Shown here in pieces: positions 24,281 to 35,045 of a DNA stretch of 64,000 nt (its first letter is position 1; each line of letters starts with the position of its first letter). The translations under genes were made by a program, and so were the position numbers. This stretch comes from Neoconidiobolus thromboides FSU 785 (Eukaryota; Fungi; Entomophthoromycota): contig MU626299.1 in assembly GCA_025603075.1 (NCBI GenBank), positions 64,732 to 128,731 on the forward strand, read 5' to 3'. The notes beneath the pieces are model-generated. The model did not search any database, was not told where the DNA came from, and saw nothing but the letters and a program-made list of their open reading frames with translations.

Positions 24281-25056
24281 ATAAGATCATCTTTTAAATG
24301 GTAAGTATAGTTAGCCGAATAATTAAAATTAGTAGGGGATACTAAGTAGGTAGTAGTTTTTGCTAAAGTAATTGAGTTTTATCGAAAAAGTCACTGGTTA
24401 AATTTAATTAAATATGAACACTAGCTCCAACCCTAGCCCTAACATTATTATAGTATATAATAGCTGTATCCAAATCCCAATCCTAGTTATTTTTTACTTG
24501 AAATAAGATTTTATCCAAAATAGAATTTTTTTACAATGAAAAAACTACTGCCTACTCAGTCAGTACCTTTCATCATAATTTTATTTAAGTTTTATCAATA
24601 ACAGTTTTCAAAGCCTTTCAAATATATAAAAGTAAACTGTAAATACAGTTACCTATATTCAGGTTCTAAAAAGATTACATAGATATAGTTTTATCAACGA
24701 ATTAGCTACATTCGAATACCTAATTTGTATGATAAAACTTAACAAGTGATTTTACGAAATATTTATGTAAATAAAATCAACATGTCTAGTTATGCAGATT
24801 CACAAAACTTTAGAAAAATCATCTTATATTGATCTCAAATGTTTTGTAATATTCTTTCAATCAAAGTATGATATAAAGCAACAAATAGTAAAATAATAAA
24901 ATGATCCATTTAATAACTAAAGCAATAAGAGACCAATCTCGAGCTTTGTTGTGTAAAAACCCTGGATTTCTTTACTAATAGGAAGCTATTTGGTACATAA
25001 TTAAACTTCATAAGATGCTATAAAATTTTCGACTATTAAAAATCTAACCAGTTTAT

Positions 25057-26079
25057 TTAACTACTATTTTGCTGAATCCATTGAGCATAAGTATTTACAC
25101 GTGCAAATACAGAAGGATAATCTGGATTAAGACATTTTAAGTCCTTAACAAAAGAAGTAACGCCAATAATAGTGTTATCAATAACAAGTGGACCTCCAGA
25201 GTCACCTTGACAAACAGATGAGCGGCCTTCACGATAACCAGCACACAAATGATGAGACTTAGTTAAACCTTGATAGGCAGCATTACAAGACTCAAAAGAA
25301 TATACAGGGAGATTAGCTTCTTGGAGCTTTGAAGCCAATTTTTGTTGATCGTTTGAATCAACCCTTCCCCAACCTGCAAATTTGGTTGAAGTACCTTCGC
25401 GATCACCTGTATTTTGGGTATCAATTTGGTAGAAATTACGTGTACTAACTGGGGCCGCTAATTTCCATATCGCAACATCATATTGAATAAAGCCGGCTGA
25501 GGTATAACTAGGATGCTTAATGATTTGGCTCACTCTATGTTCGGTGTATGAGCCATCTGGCCCACCTTTGATCTGCCCTTGGCCTTGGCCTTGTTTTGGC
25601 TGCTGCTGTCCTTGTGGAATTTGTGGTTGTTGCTCATGTGGTTGTTGCTCTTGTGGTATCCACGGCATTTGTGGTTGTTGCTCTTGTGGTATCCATGGCA
25701 TTTGTGGTTGTTGCTCTTGCGGTATCCATGGAATTTGTGGTTGTTGTCCTTGTGGTGGCCATTGACGCCTTTGTAGGTTTCCACCGGCATATGCCCACAC
25801 AGAGACAGAGGCAGGAGAATGTTCGGAACAATGGGCAGCAGTTAAAACAGTGTTAGCATTCAAGAGAGCACCACCGCAGGAATGTCCTCCATTAACACGT
25901 AATGAAACCAAAGATGGATAGTTTGCCCATGAACCGTCAGAGCCATTGATGATTTTGCTAGATGGAGTGTCATTCGATTTTGTTGAATTTCTATCGGCTG
26001 GTGCTGCTTGTGAAAATGCAGTTAAAGTAGCAATAACAACAACTTCAAGTGTTTTCATCAAAATTTCCTTCTGTACCAT
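25057..26079 (-). CDS. Secreted S1 (chymotrypsin-fold) serine protease with an internal Gln/Pro repeat insertion
   Basis: Signal and propeptide followed by IINGSDG. Catalytic triad TAAHC, YDVAIW, CQGDSGGP. About 70 extra residues lie between the His and Asp motifs. The start may be the second Met. Confidence 0.95.
   Translation of the reverse strand: MVQKEILMKTLEVVVIATLTAFSQAAPADRNSTKSNDTPSSKIINGSDGSWANYPSLVSLRVNGGHSCGGALLNANTVLTAAHCSEHSPASVSVWAYAGGNLQRRQWPPQGQQPQIPWIPQEQQPQMPWIPQEQQPQMPWIPQEQQPHEQQPQIPQGQQQPKQGQGQGQIKGGPDGSYTEHRVSQIIKHPSYTSAGFIQYDVAIWKLAAPVSTRNFYQIDTQNTGDREGTSTKFAGWGRVDSNDQQKLASKLQEANLPVYSFESCNAAYQGLTKSHHLCAGYREGRSSVCQGDSGGPLVIDNTIIGVTSFVKDLKCLNPDYPSVFARVNTYAQWIQQNSS
25620..25760 (-). 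repeat. 33-bp coding tandem repeat PQ(I/M)PWIPQEQQ
   Basis: Three full units plus partial units of tgtggttgttgctcttgtggtatccatggcatt. Confidence 0.9.
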
Positions 26080-27274
26080 TTCAATTTAGTATCAAACTTA
26101 ATTGTTTGATGTTTGCATTTGCTTGGCCTTCTCTTTTATAGTATTTGAGGTCCCGTTTTACTATGATGCTATGTGTTATTATTTTATGTTTATTAAGAAG
26201 CAACATGATTTTTCGTCAGTAGCCCCAGCTCCAATGATGACTACTTAGAAGAATTTTAAAGTTTATAAAGCAACATTAATGAAATTTAATATAAATCTGG
26301 GACTTTTAAAAAAGGAGTAAAATGATAAAGAGAAAAAGATTTAAAAAAAGATGCCAGGGTACCAATAATAAATTAACGATACAAACTTCAATTTTTAAAG
26401 ATAAAATAATAGATTTATAACTTATTTACTGTGTGATTTATTTATACTTTATTAAAATTTATATTAATACTGTCTAAATATAAAGGATATTATTCAAATA
26501 AGTGAATTTAAACCAAGGTCCGAGGGTTCAACTTTTTTCCGATTCTATTTATTCCAAAGGTAAATTAAGTATAAATGATAAGCAAAAAGTGATTTCTCTA
26601 TAAAAAAAATTACTAGTAGAATGTTAGATAAAATAATAACTCACGGGTTTTCATTTTTATTTTTTCCTACCTTTTAGTCTTGTAAACTTGCAAGTTCAAA
26701 CATTGATCAAAAATGGGAAAAAATATAAGTTCATTCAACCTGACTTTCAATATTGGTCGTAGCTTTTTTGTAGCCCCATATTTTTTAAACCATAGTATAT
26801 TTGTTCTATAGTTTCATGTAGAGGTTCCAGAGATTATCAAGACAAAGGATATGTAAAAATTAGATTGAAAACTGAGTACAGTTTTCTAATGTAGCATGAG
26901 AAAACCGTAAGTTGTATCTGCTATATTCCAAAGTAAAGTCTTAATAAGAAGCTGCATTTTTGACCTTTGGTAAAGAGCAACTATTCGATTGAAGCCACTA
27001 AACAAATGGACCTAGCTACTCTCTAAAAAAGTGCAATTTTATATGTTTTTTTTAGAACAACAACATAAGAAGCAGCTCGACCTTTATTTAGAACAGTGGG
27101 ACTACTATTTAATTCTTCGTCAATTCATTTAAGGATTAAGTGAAATCATAATAATAAAACAAAAATAGTAGAATTACATTAGCCAATAAATCAGAGCCAA
27201 TATTCTGAAGCATAAAAATAATGATGATATATAAAATGATTAAGTAGTTAAATAAAGGTGTTTGTTTATAAAAG

Positions 27275-28144
27275 ATGTTACAAAAATACAGTAAAATAGC
27301 ATTTATAGGAGGAGGTAATATGAGCGGAGCGATCGTAGGCGGTCTATTAAAGGCAAAGTATCCGGCTAACAAAATAAGTATAAGTGAGCCAAATGAGAAC
27401 AGAAGGAAGGAATTAGAGACTTTATTTAGTGGAGTAACTATAACTGACAATAATTTGAAAGCAGCAGACAACAGTGAAACAATAGTATTAGGAGTAAAGC
27501 CTAATATAACAAAAAAAGTATTGACTGAAAATGGGCTCTCAGACTTATTAAATGAACAAAGTAGTATATTAGTTTCCTTAGTAGCGGGAGTTAAAGTTGA
27601 TTCTATGAAAAAATGGTTAACAAATTATGAAAAATTGAAGATTGTTAGATGTATGCCCAATACCCCAGCTTTAGTAGGGCAAGGGGCTTTAGGTTTTTAT
27701 TATGAAAATGAAGATCAAGGTTTAAGAAACAAAGTGGAATCGATCATGGGATCAATAGCTGGTGAGGGAGGTATGGTTTGGGTAACCAGAGAAAACTTGA
27801 TGGATAGCATAACTGCTATTTCTGGTTCCGGTCCTGCTTACTTTTTTTATATGTTGGAATGTATGGAGAAAGAAGGTGTACGCCTTGGATTAGAGCCTTT
27901 ACAAGCCAGAAGACTAGCCACGGTTACTGCGCTAGGTGCTTCTAAAATGGTTCTAAATCAATGCTTCGATGGTGAAGTAGATCCTAAAGAATTAAGAAGA
28001 AGAGTTACTAGCCCCAATGGTACTACTTATGCTGCAATTCAACAGCTTATTAAAGACGATTTTGAGACTGTCATTAAAAATACTTTAAATGCATGTAGTG
28101 AGAGATCCAAAGAAATTGGCATTGAGATGGAGAATCAAAATTAA
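27275..28144 (+). CDS. PRO3: Pyrroline-5-carboxylate reductase
   Basis: IAFIGGGNM Rossmann motif, VLGVKP, VRCMPNTP, TAISGSGPAY and VTSPNGTT. Confidence 0.97.
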   Translation: MLQKYSKIAFIGGGNMSGAIVGGLLKAKYPANKISISEPNENRRKELETLFSGVTITDNNLKAADNSETIVLGVKPNITKKVLTENGLSDLLNEQSSILVSLVAGVKVDSMKKWLTNYEKLKIVRCMPNTPALVGQGALGFYYENEDQGLRNKVESIMGSIAGEGGMVWVTRENLMDSITAISGSGPAYFFYMLECMEKEGVRLGLEPLQARRLATVTALGASKMVLNQCFDGEVDPKELRRRVTSPNGTTYAAIQQLIKDDFETVIKNTLNACSERSKEIGIEMENQN

Positions 28145-28353
28145 CATTATATTTGTAAAGTTCTTTATAATAAAAGTCGAATATAATATAAAGTTTATTC
28201 CTATTTATTCTTTTAGTTAGCTTTGAAAATAATTCAGGGGGGGTACAATAATTTAATAAAAAGGCTCAATTGACAATTTAATATTATGCTTAAATAAGCA
28301 CCAATAAAATCCATAAACAATAAACAAGAACTTACAAACCTTTTTTTTACTAA

Positions 28354-28902
28354 ATGTTGGAAGATAGCTCAGCACTCACTAAAGATTCTTATCGTTTAGA
28401 AGCTATAAATGAAGTTAATTTATCGAAGTTAAAGCTTTTAAATAGTATCCTATTTCCAATCTCATATTCGCCTATATTTTATAAAATGGTGTTACTTATA
28501 GGGGATTATTCCCGTTTATGTAAGTAAATTTATTTTAATTTAAATATGATTTGACAATTGCTAGGCTTTTATAAAGACAATTGCGTAGGTGCAATTTGCT
28601 GTCGAGTAGACACAAGTGAGTTGGATGACACTTTAGAAGAAGGAGAATGTTCAATCTATTTAATGACGTTAGGGGTTTTATCGCCTTATCGTAGGCTAGG
28701 ATTAGGTGGTGCTCTATTAGAATATATACTAGAAAAAACTAAGGATAGTCAGTTTAAAAGGATTTATTTACATGTACAAATCAACAACGATGAAGCTATT
28801 CAATTTTATTTAAAGTATGGATTTAAGATTTTGGAAAGAGTGGGTAACTATTATAGGAATATTGAGCCTACTGATGCATATATTCTTGAATTACAACTGT
28901 AG
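28354..28902 (+). CDS. NAA50: N-terminal acetyltransferase Naa50-like (2 exons: 28354-28519, 28565-28902)
   Basis: Exon 1 encodes LKLLNSILFPISYSPIFYK, then a 45-nt GTAAGT..CTAG intron, then VGAICCRVD, YLMTLGVLSPYRRLGLGG, IYLHVQINN and YYRNIEPTDAY. Confidence 0.9.
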
Positions 28903-28985
28903 CTGTTTTGTAAGATTCTATTTTATTGTTTAATTAAAAATGTATTTCTTTTGTTTTAATTCTTTATTTCATTCTTACTGTTTTA

Positions 28986-29294
28986 TTAACCTCCCGATAC
29001 TGGTGGAATGAATGCCAGAATATCCTTTTCATTGAGTTTTATATGCCCATAATAATATTTCAAAAAGCGCTCTAGCTCATCTACCTTTATTTCTTGATTA
29101 ATATCAACTTCCTCAATGTAATTCTGATTGAGAGCTAATTTAACTGAAGGAAATCTAACCATAAAGTAGTCTTTAAATGCTGGATTTTTGGTAAACAAAT
29201 GTAAAAGAACCAAGTCTAACTTATCTTCATTTAAGGTTTCTTCATAAGAATCGTATTTTTCTGCAGCTTCAGCAAAGAATTGAATAGTCACCAT
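28986..29294 (-). CDS. MOCS2A: Molybdopterin synthase small (sulfur carrier) subunit, MoaD/MOCS2A
   Basis: N-terminal VTIQFFA, ALNQNY and C-terminal LAFIPPVSGG (di-Gly). Confidence 0.85.
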   Translation of the reverse strand: MVTIQFFAEAAEKYDSYEETLNEDKLDLVLLHLFTKNPAFKDYFMVRFPSVKLALNQNYIEEVDINQEIKVDELERFLKYYYGHIKLNEKDILAFIPPVSGG

Positions 29295-29385
29295 TGTAAG
29301 ATACTTAAGTAAAGTAATTAAAAAAGAAGTTCTGCGAAATTTGCAAAATTAAATGACAAAATTCTATACAATCCTTTATTTGAGT

Positions 29386-30111
29386 TTAGTTCCTGAATCC
29401 AAAATGATTAAATAATGAGCTAAATCCCTCAAAGATTCTATTAATACCACTATTATTCTCAACCAGTTCATCAAAATTGCTTAAGGGGGCAATGTAGGAG
29501 GCAGGATCATTTTTAGATTTAAAACTCTCCTCAATTTTTTCATTACCATCTGAATCTTTAGTAACTTTCTTTGTGTGAACGTTACCATCGCTGTCTTTAT
29601 AGCTTGTCATAGTATAAGAGTAACTAAAATTTTTATTGTTCATCGAATTTAATCCATTTAATGCTGTGTTTAAGCTTTGAAATGGATTAAATAGAAATGA
29701 ATCGGTATTGCTTGAAGCAATAACTTGCTCTCTTTCGTCTAAATTTCGCTGTTCTGGTTCATTCAGCACATCAAAAGGGGATTCTTTATTAAGAAATATA
29801 TCTAATAAACTAACTGGATCAGGATTCATATCTATTAAGCTAAGTATAAATAACTATAGATAAAACAAAATTACTTTGAGGCCTTTTACCTTCTCGCTTC
29901 ATCAAACTATCTCTTGGGGAATTCTAAAATAACATATTTAGAAATAAACATCTCATCTTAATATAATTACCTTAGTTGTATTCTCATCGCTTAACAGAAT
30001 TTCCCTTGGGTTTATATTGTTTGGTTCTTGATTAAAAGTTCTATCATGAGAGTTGAAAATGGTCTCTACAATGTTGTTAAAAAAGTGGAAAAATTCGTCG
30101 TTGCTATTCAT
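29386..30111 (-). CDS. 206-aa HAX1-like protein (3 exons: 30111-29971, 29923-29890, 29831-29386)
   Basis: Two GT-AG introns (47 and 58 nt) extend the track ORF in frame to ATG 30111. SPRDSLMK and FSYSYTMTSYKDSDGNVHTKKVTKDSDGNEKIEE resemble HAX1 motifs (recalled, not searched). Confidence 0.6.
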
Positions 30112-30307
30112 CTTAAAAAAATCATTTTATGATTTAGAAGACGTTGCTTGTTATGCTGAAATGCTTATGTTTACCCAAAGATATTAGTCAAACTTCGACT
30201 ATCAATTTATTATCCAATAGAATCTATAATTGTATATATACCTATTTTCATTGGTTTTTTGATATTTCAATGAACTCATCGCACAAAATTTTAGTAACCT
30301 AAAGTGA

Positions 30308-30322
30308 AGAAACTTCCAGAAA
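30308..30322. promoter_or_regulatory. Perfect three-unit heat shock element
   Basis: aGAAa-cTTCc-aGAAa between the divergent HAX1-like and Hsp20 start codons. Confidence 0.75.
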
Positions 30323-30460
30323 ATTAACGAGTTGAACAGGAAAAAGTAGTCACTACTATAAACACAAAGAAAAATGCTAAGGTAGAAAAAAAAAAGTATA
30401 AAAGATGAACAATAAAACAATGAAATAATAAGAAAGAACATTAAATCTATAACACAAAAC

Positions 30461-30925
30461 ATGTCTACTCAATACACTATTACTGATTTATTTGATCAAT
30501 ACTCTCCAGTTGAGCTCCTTATGCTCAGCCATTTGAACCCAGAGCACAAGAAGGGTAATAAAGGGACACATAAACTACAAAACCGCAGCAAAAATATCCA
30601 AATAAACTTGATTGAAAATGAAAATGAATTTCAGATCCAAGCTTTGACTCCAGGATATGAGAAAAGCGATATTTCAATTGATTATAGCTCTACTAACAAT
30701 AGCATAATCATTGAAACTAAGGTTAAGGAAGCTATCGACTCGGAAAAAGAAAACAAACCAAAATTCTTGGTAAAAGAATTCGAGCCTTCGAAACTTCATC
30801 GTGAAGTCAAGTTGTCCTCTCCTGTAAATCCAGAAAATATCTCCGCTACCCTTGAGCTTGGTGTCCTTAAATTAACTGTACCTAAGCAAAATGTTGAAAA
30901 AGTTCATCGCATCTCTATTATGTAA
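30461..30925 (+). CDS. Small heat shock protein (Hsp20/alpha-crystallin domain)
   Basis: ALTPGYEKSDISI, ISATLELGVLKLTVPK and C-terminal I-x-I (RISIM). An HSE lies upstream. Confidence 0.92.
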   Translation: MSTQYTITDLFDQYSPVELLMLSHLNPEHKKGNKGTHKLQNRSKNIQINLIENENEFQIQALTPGYEKSDISIDYSSTNNSIIIETKVKEAIDSEKENKPKFLVKEFEPSKLHREVKLSSPVNPENISATLELGVLKLTVPKQNVEKVHRISIM

Positions 30926-31603
30926 ATAAAGTTTTTTTATCAGCTTAAATTTTTATTCTAATTATTAAAAATTATCGTCTAACTATGAGTTTACAGATTA
31001 TTTATAAACAAAAGTAGTAGCCAAATAATAGGAAGTTAATTTGGATAAGATAAGATATAAATATAACATGATCGACAAAGATATTAAGTAGCAAAATGAA
31101 ATTCTGGAAATACTGAGTATTTGTATATTTTATAAGCATAGTAGCGAGAAGTGAACCGATGTAAAAATCCAATTTATCATAAATACTGGCAAACCCAATA
31201 TGATAAATTAACACTAATGTTTTTTTGGTTAAAATTATTTTTCTTTAGTTTAAATTAATTATTTTAGATAATAAATTAACAATATAACCTATATTTGTTG
31301 ACTAGTATCATTATCACTTTAAATAAGCTTTATAACGATTGCTACTTTAACTATTAAGTGATAACACCTATAATTTGATCTTAGTATAATATGTTCTATA
31401 AAATCAAATGACTTTTTACAAAATAAGAAGTTTCAGGTTTATATCACACTTATAGTCTTATATACTTATTAGGGAAATTACAACACATTAAGTATAAAAT
31501 TAAACTATGATTTTACTTCTACAATAGATTTATCATATTCCTAAACCTTAAGTATGATTAAATTGAATAATTTATCACTCAAGCAGTGGGAAATTGTATA
31601 TAT

Positions 31604-31690
31604 GGGGATGTTTTTTATTTAAGAATTTTACTAACAATCTTTCCACTCAAATAATGCTTAAAAATGGAAAAAGTAATGAAATCAAAAAAA
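31604..31690 (-). mobile_element. MITE copy, inverted, one end truncated
   Basis: Reverse-complement consensus match. Confidence 0.7.
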
Positions 31691-32114
31691 CGGTTTTATA
31701 TAATATAGCTTAAATGAATGCCATTTTTCATTCGAGTTTTTTGCTCATATTTTAACTAGCTTAAGTTTCAAAAGAAATATTAGCTAAATGTTACACAAAC
31801 ATGTTCCTATTAAATTTAATAAAACTCAAGATAACTAATAATAATACTATAGTTTATAAGTTTGTTTAAAATGTAGCAATTTTAAATCTCAAAGAACAAA
31901 TATTTAGCCATTCCAATTATAGTATTGTAAGAAGAATATCACAATACTTGATAAGGTAATTCGATGAAAACTTGCTTTAGCAAACTGGTTTATAAAATAT
32001 TTTTATATCAAATTAAAGTTTGTTTTTAATATTTAAAAAAATATTTATAATATATAACGATAAAAAAGGTATACTGATTTCTTGATAACTTGGTTTTCAA
32101 AATTAACCAAAAGT

Positions 32115-33740
32115 ATGCTTGGAAGGATATTACACCGCTGTAATAAGTGTAAACATCACAAAAGAAATGATCGTATTTTGTCTAGATGTATTCATTGTCA
32201 ACCGGAAAATCTAAAATGCATTACTATGGGAAATGACAAATATAGTACGAAGCATAAAGGAAGCTTTGAACCGTCTGATTCAATATCAACTAAAAACGTA
32301 TACATAGATAATAACTTCAATTATACTTTTGAAACTAATATGGGTTTATGCACTTCCGTAAAAGCAGCGTCGTCATTAGTATCAATGCTACCCTCAAAAT
32401 TATTAAAAGATAATCTACTATCACTTTTACAATATCCTCCATTAAATAATTTTAATAAAGGGATTGAACTAATGGTATCTTTGGCTGTACAAATGAACAG
32501 ACTAAGTCTACCAAGGTATTTGGCTGAAATAGAACTACTTCCGAAAGTTGAGAAACCTCATTATACCCCTTCACTTATACTTTTAGGGATAAGAAATTAC
32601 CTGAAAACTGAGCATGTTACTATGCCAATATTTAACTTACAAATTTTCAATTTCAATATATGTCACAACACGACTAAACTAGCAATAATTGCATGTGGAT
32701 TAAAATCAAATAGGGATAGGAAAGCAGTTGAGCTAGTTAACTATTGCGAAGTTCATCTGCATTCATATTTTAAAACACCGTACAATTGCAAACCAACTTT
32801 AAATACTCTTCAAAGTATTATTATTTTACTTTTAGAATTACGACAGTTTAAATGGGTAGCTAAGCTTACTACAGAATTTGTCAATTATTTAGTTCAAGCT
32901 AAAAACATTTTAGGATTACAATTTACATGTCCGAAATTGAGTTTAGAAGCGAAGATTGAAAGAAAAATGGTATTTAATTCAATAAACTATATAGTAACTA
33001 TGTTTTCAACTGCATCTTATTTTGTACATCCGGCTATTCAAGATTATCCCAACAAGTTACGTAGTTCAGTGGATTTCAACCTTAAGAAACTAAATTTGAA
33101 ATCAACTCAAAGTGTTATTCATATCTGTTCATTATCATTTAATAGCTTTTTGGAAGAGTTTTCGTACCATTTTGATAAAATAGTATTTATAAAAGCACAA
33201 GTAGCCGAAAAACTAGTCACATTTGAAGACTGCTATATTAATATTCAGTTAATAATTAATGATTTTACTGTTAGTTTCAATAAATACCAAAAATTAATTA
33301 AAAGTTTCAAGTTAACAAGTATAAGCATCCTGTACGCAAATCTTTTAGATATTTACATTTGCCAAGGTTATTGTTTATATAGTTATTTCAAATTCTTTTC
33401 TCTTTCCTTAAAGGCATTCCATATCATCAACGAAACGTCAACTCAAACTTATACCAATTTATTGATTACTAATGCTTTAAATGTGGTCAAATATATTTTG
33501 AAAATGCCTTTAGATTACATCACCCATATTATGATCGCTACCTTATATCATTGTTTGTTATTTCTTCTAAGAAATAGAAACCCAGAATATACTAAACTTA
33601 TTGACTCTGCATTAATATTAGCAAAATCTAAACTTCTTGCTTTGACTTTACCACCTTACAATTCTTCTTCTGCAACCTTTAACTTAAACATGTTGAATAT
33701 TACTGAGGATCTTATTATCCCTCAATATCTGCAACTATAA
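32115..33740 (+). CDS. Fungal Zn(II)2Cys6-like transcription factor with a degenerate cluster
   Basis: First ATG at 32115. N-terminal CxxC-x12-CxxC-x6-C, followed by a long helical region containing TLQSIIILLL. Confidence 0.6.
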   Translation: MLGRILHRCNKCKHHKRNDRILSRCIHCQPENLKCITMGNDKYSTKHKGSFEPSDSISTKNVYIDNNFNYTFETNMGLCTSVKAASSLVSMLPSKLLKDNLLSLLQYPPLNNFNKGIELMVSLAVQMNRLSLPRYLAEIELLPKVEKPHYTPSLILLGIRNYLKTEHVTMPIFNLQIFNFNICHNTTKLAIIACGLKSNRDRKAVELVNYCEVHLHSYFKTPYNCKPTLNTLQSIIILLLELRQFKWVAKLTTEFVNYLVQAKNILGLQFTCPKLSLEAKIERKMVFNSINYIVTMFSTASYFVHPAIQDYPNKLRSSVDFNLKKLNLKSTQSVIHICSLSFNSFLEEFSYHFDKIVFIKAQVAEKLVTFEDCYINIQLIINDFTVSFNKYQKLIKSFKLTSISILYANLLDIYICQGYCLYSYFKFFSLSLKAFHIINETSTQTYTNLLITNALNVVKYILKMPLDYITHIMIATLYHCLLFLLRNRNPEYTKLIDSALILAKSKLLALTLPPYNSSSATFNLNMLNITEDLIIPQYLQL

Positions 33741-34147
33741 AGAAAAATTTTAGAGCTACAACTTTTTAAACAATCTTTTTTCTAGTTCGATTGTGAAAAA
33801 TTCTAGAGCTAAATAAATATTTTGTGATATATTTGTTTTGAAAGATTATATATTGCTTGTTGTTAGCTTACTATATTAATAATAAATAAACACTAAACAG
33901 TATATATAATATTGTATGTCAGTTAGTCTTAAGATGCTGCTTTTAAAATCACTTCATTCATTATGTTACAATGTAAATAGGTTTCAATAGATGATAGGAA
34001 TTATCATTCTACTTTTGTTAAACTTTGAGAAAATATGCATTATAATTGTTCATATCATTACACAACTGTTCAACAAGGATTATTTATTACTTATTTGTTA
34101 TTACTGAAAACAATAAAATCCATTATTATTATAAGCATTTTTACCGT

Positions 34148-34611
34148 TGTGAAATCTGGTACTCAGGGTTTGGAGTCAAGAACAGCTATTGCTGGGTTGA
34201 CTACACTATAAGTTGAAAGGTCTTAGTTTATATGACTAAGATAGACTTGGATTATGAGGAATGGCACGTGATAGGTTACAAGCTATATAAGACAGATATA
34301 ATAGACAATACTAATGCAAAACCTATGTAAAATACTATTAAGAAAACTTAGTGGCTTTATTAAATGTTCGAGATACCAGGGAATAATTCAGTTAAAAAGC
34401 CTCGAACTATTATACTCTGTAAACTCTTTTATACTCTGAAAAGTATAAATATCAAAATGAGAAGATAATATTCTTTTGGATGGAGCTAGAAATTCTCATA
34501 GCAAATCAAAATAAGAACGTGGAACTGATTTTCTCTGAACTCGAGAACACAACATCTTAGGCGATTGTTATGCTATAATTAACCATGGGACTGACAAAGC
34601 GATATTTCACA
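34148..34611 (+). mobile_element. ~463-bp solo-LTR-like element, copy 2
   Basis: TGTGAAAT...ATTTCACA termini with CCGT/CCAT flanks. Homologous to 1689-2151. Confidence 0.8.
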
Positions 34612-34949
34612 CCATATTAGTTGTCTATTACTTTTTAGTATCATTACTTTTTCCATTTTTAAGCATTATTTGAGTAAAAGATTGTTAGTAAAATTCTTAA
34701 ACAAAAAAATACATCCACATCTATTATTTGGGGATGTTTTTTATTTATATTATAAAAAATTTTACTTATTAATATAAAAAATGTTATTTTGACATTTTAA
34801 TATTTATATTTTTATGTAATACTTTAATCTAAAATATAAGAAAACTTTTTAGTATAGTAACTTTCTAAGTTTTATTATATTTAATTTAATAATTTTATTT
34901 TTCAATTATATTTAATTATAATGGTTTATACAACTTTTTAATAACATAA

Positions 34950-35045
34950 GGGAATATATTGTGTATTTGAGGATTCTACTAACAAATTTTCCGCTTAAAT
35001 AGTGCTTAAAAGATGGGAAAAATAATGAAGCCGAAAAACACCCCC
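34950..35045 (-). mobile_element. MITE copy, inverted
   Basis: ATAA/ATAA TSD. Confidence 0.75.

Noticed and set aside
24428-24443. Telomere-like CCCTAG/CCCTAA hexamers
   Set aside because: There are only two units, which is compatible with chance.
25520-25856. Cys-rich metallothionein-like antisense ORF (CGCCSCGIHGI) and four other ORFs over the protease insert
   Set aside because: They are alternative frames of the 33-bp CAA/CCA-rich repeat. The Cys pattern is simply the complement of Gln/Pro codons, and the protease frame is continuous through the repeat.
31002-31214. 70-aa hydrophobic ORF
   Set aside because: It has no ATG start, no family motif, and the composition typical of AT-rich non-coding DNA. 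It could be a relic but is unsupported.
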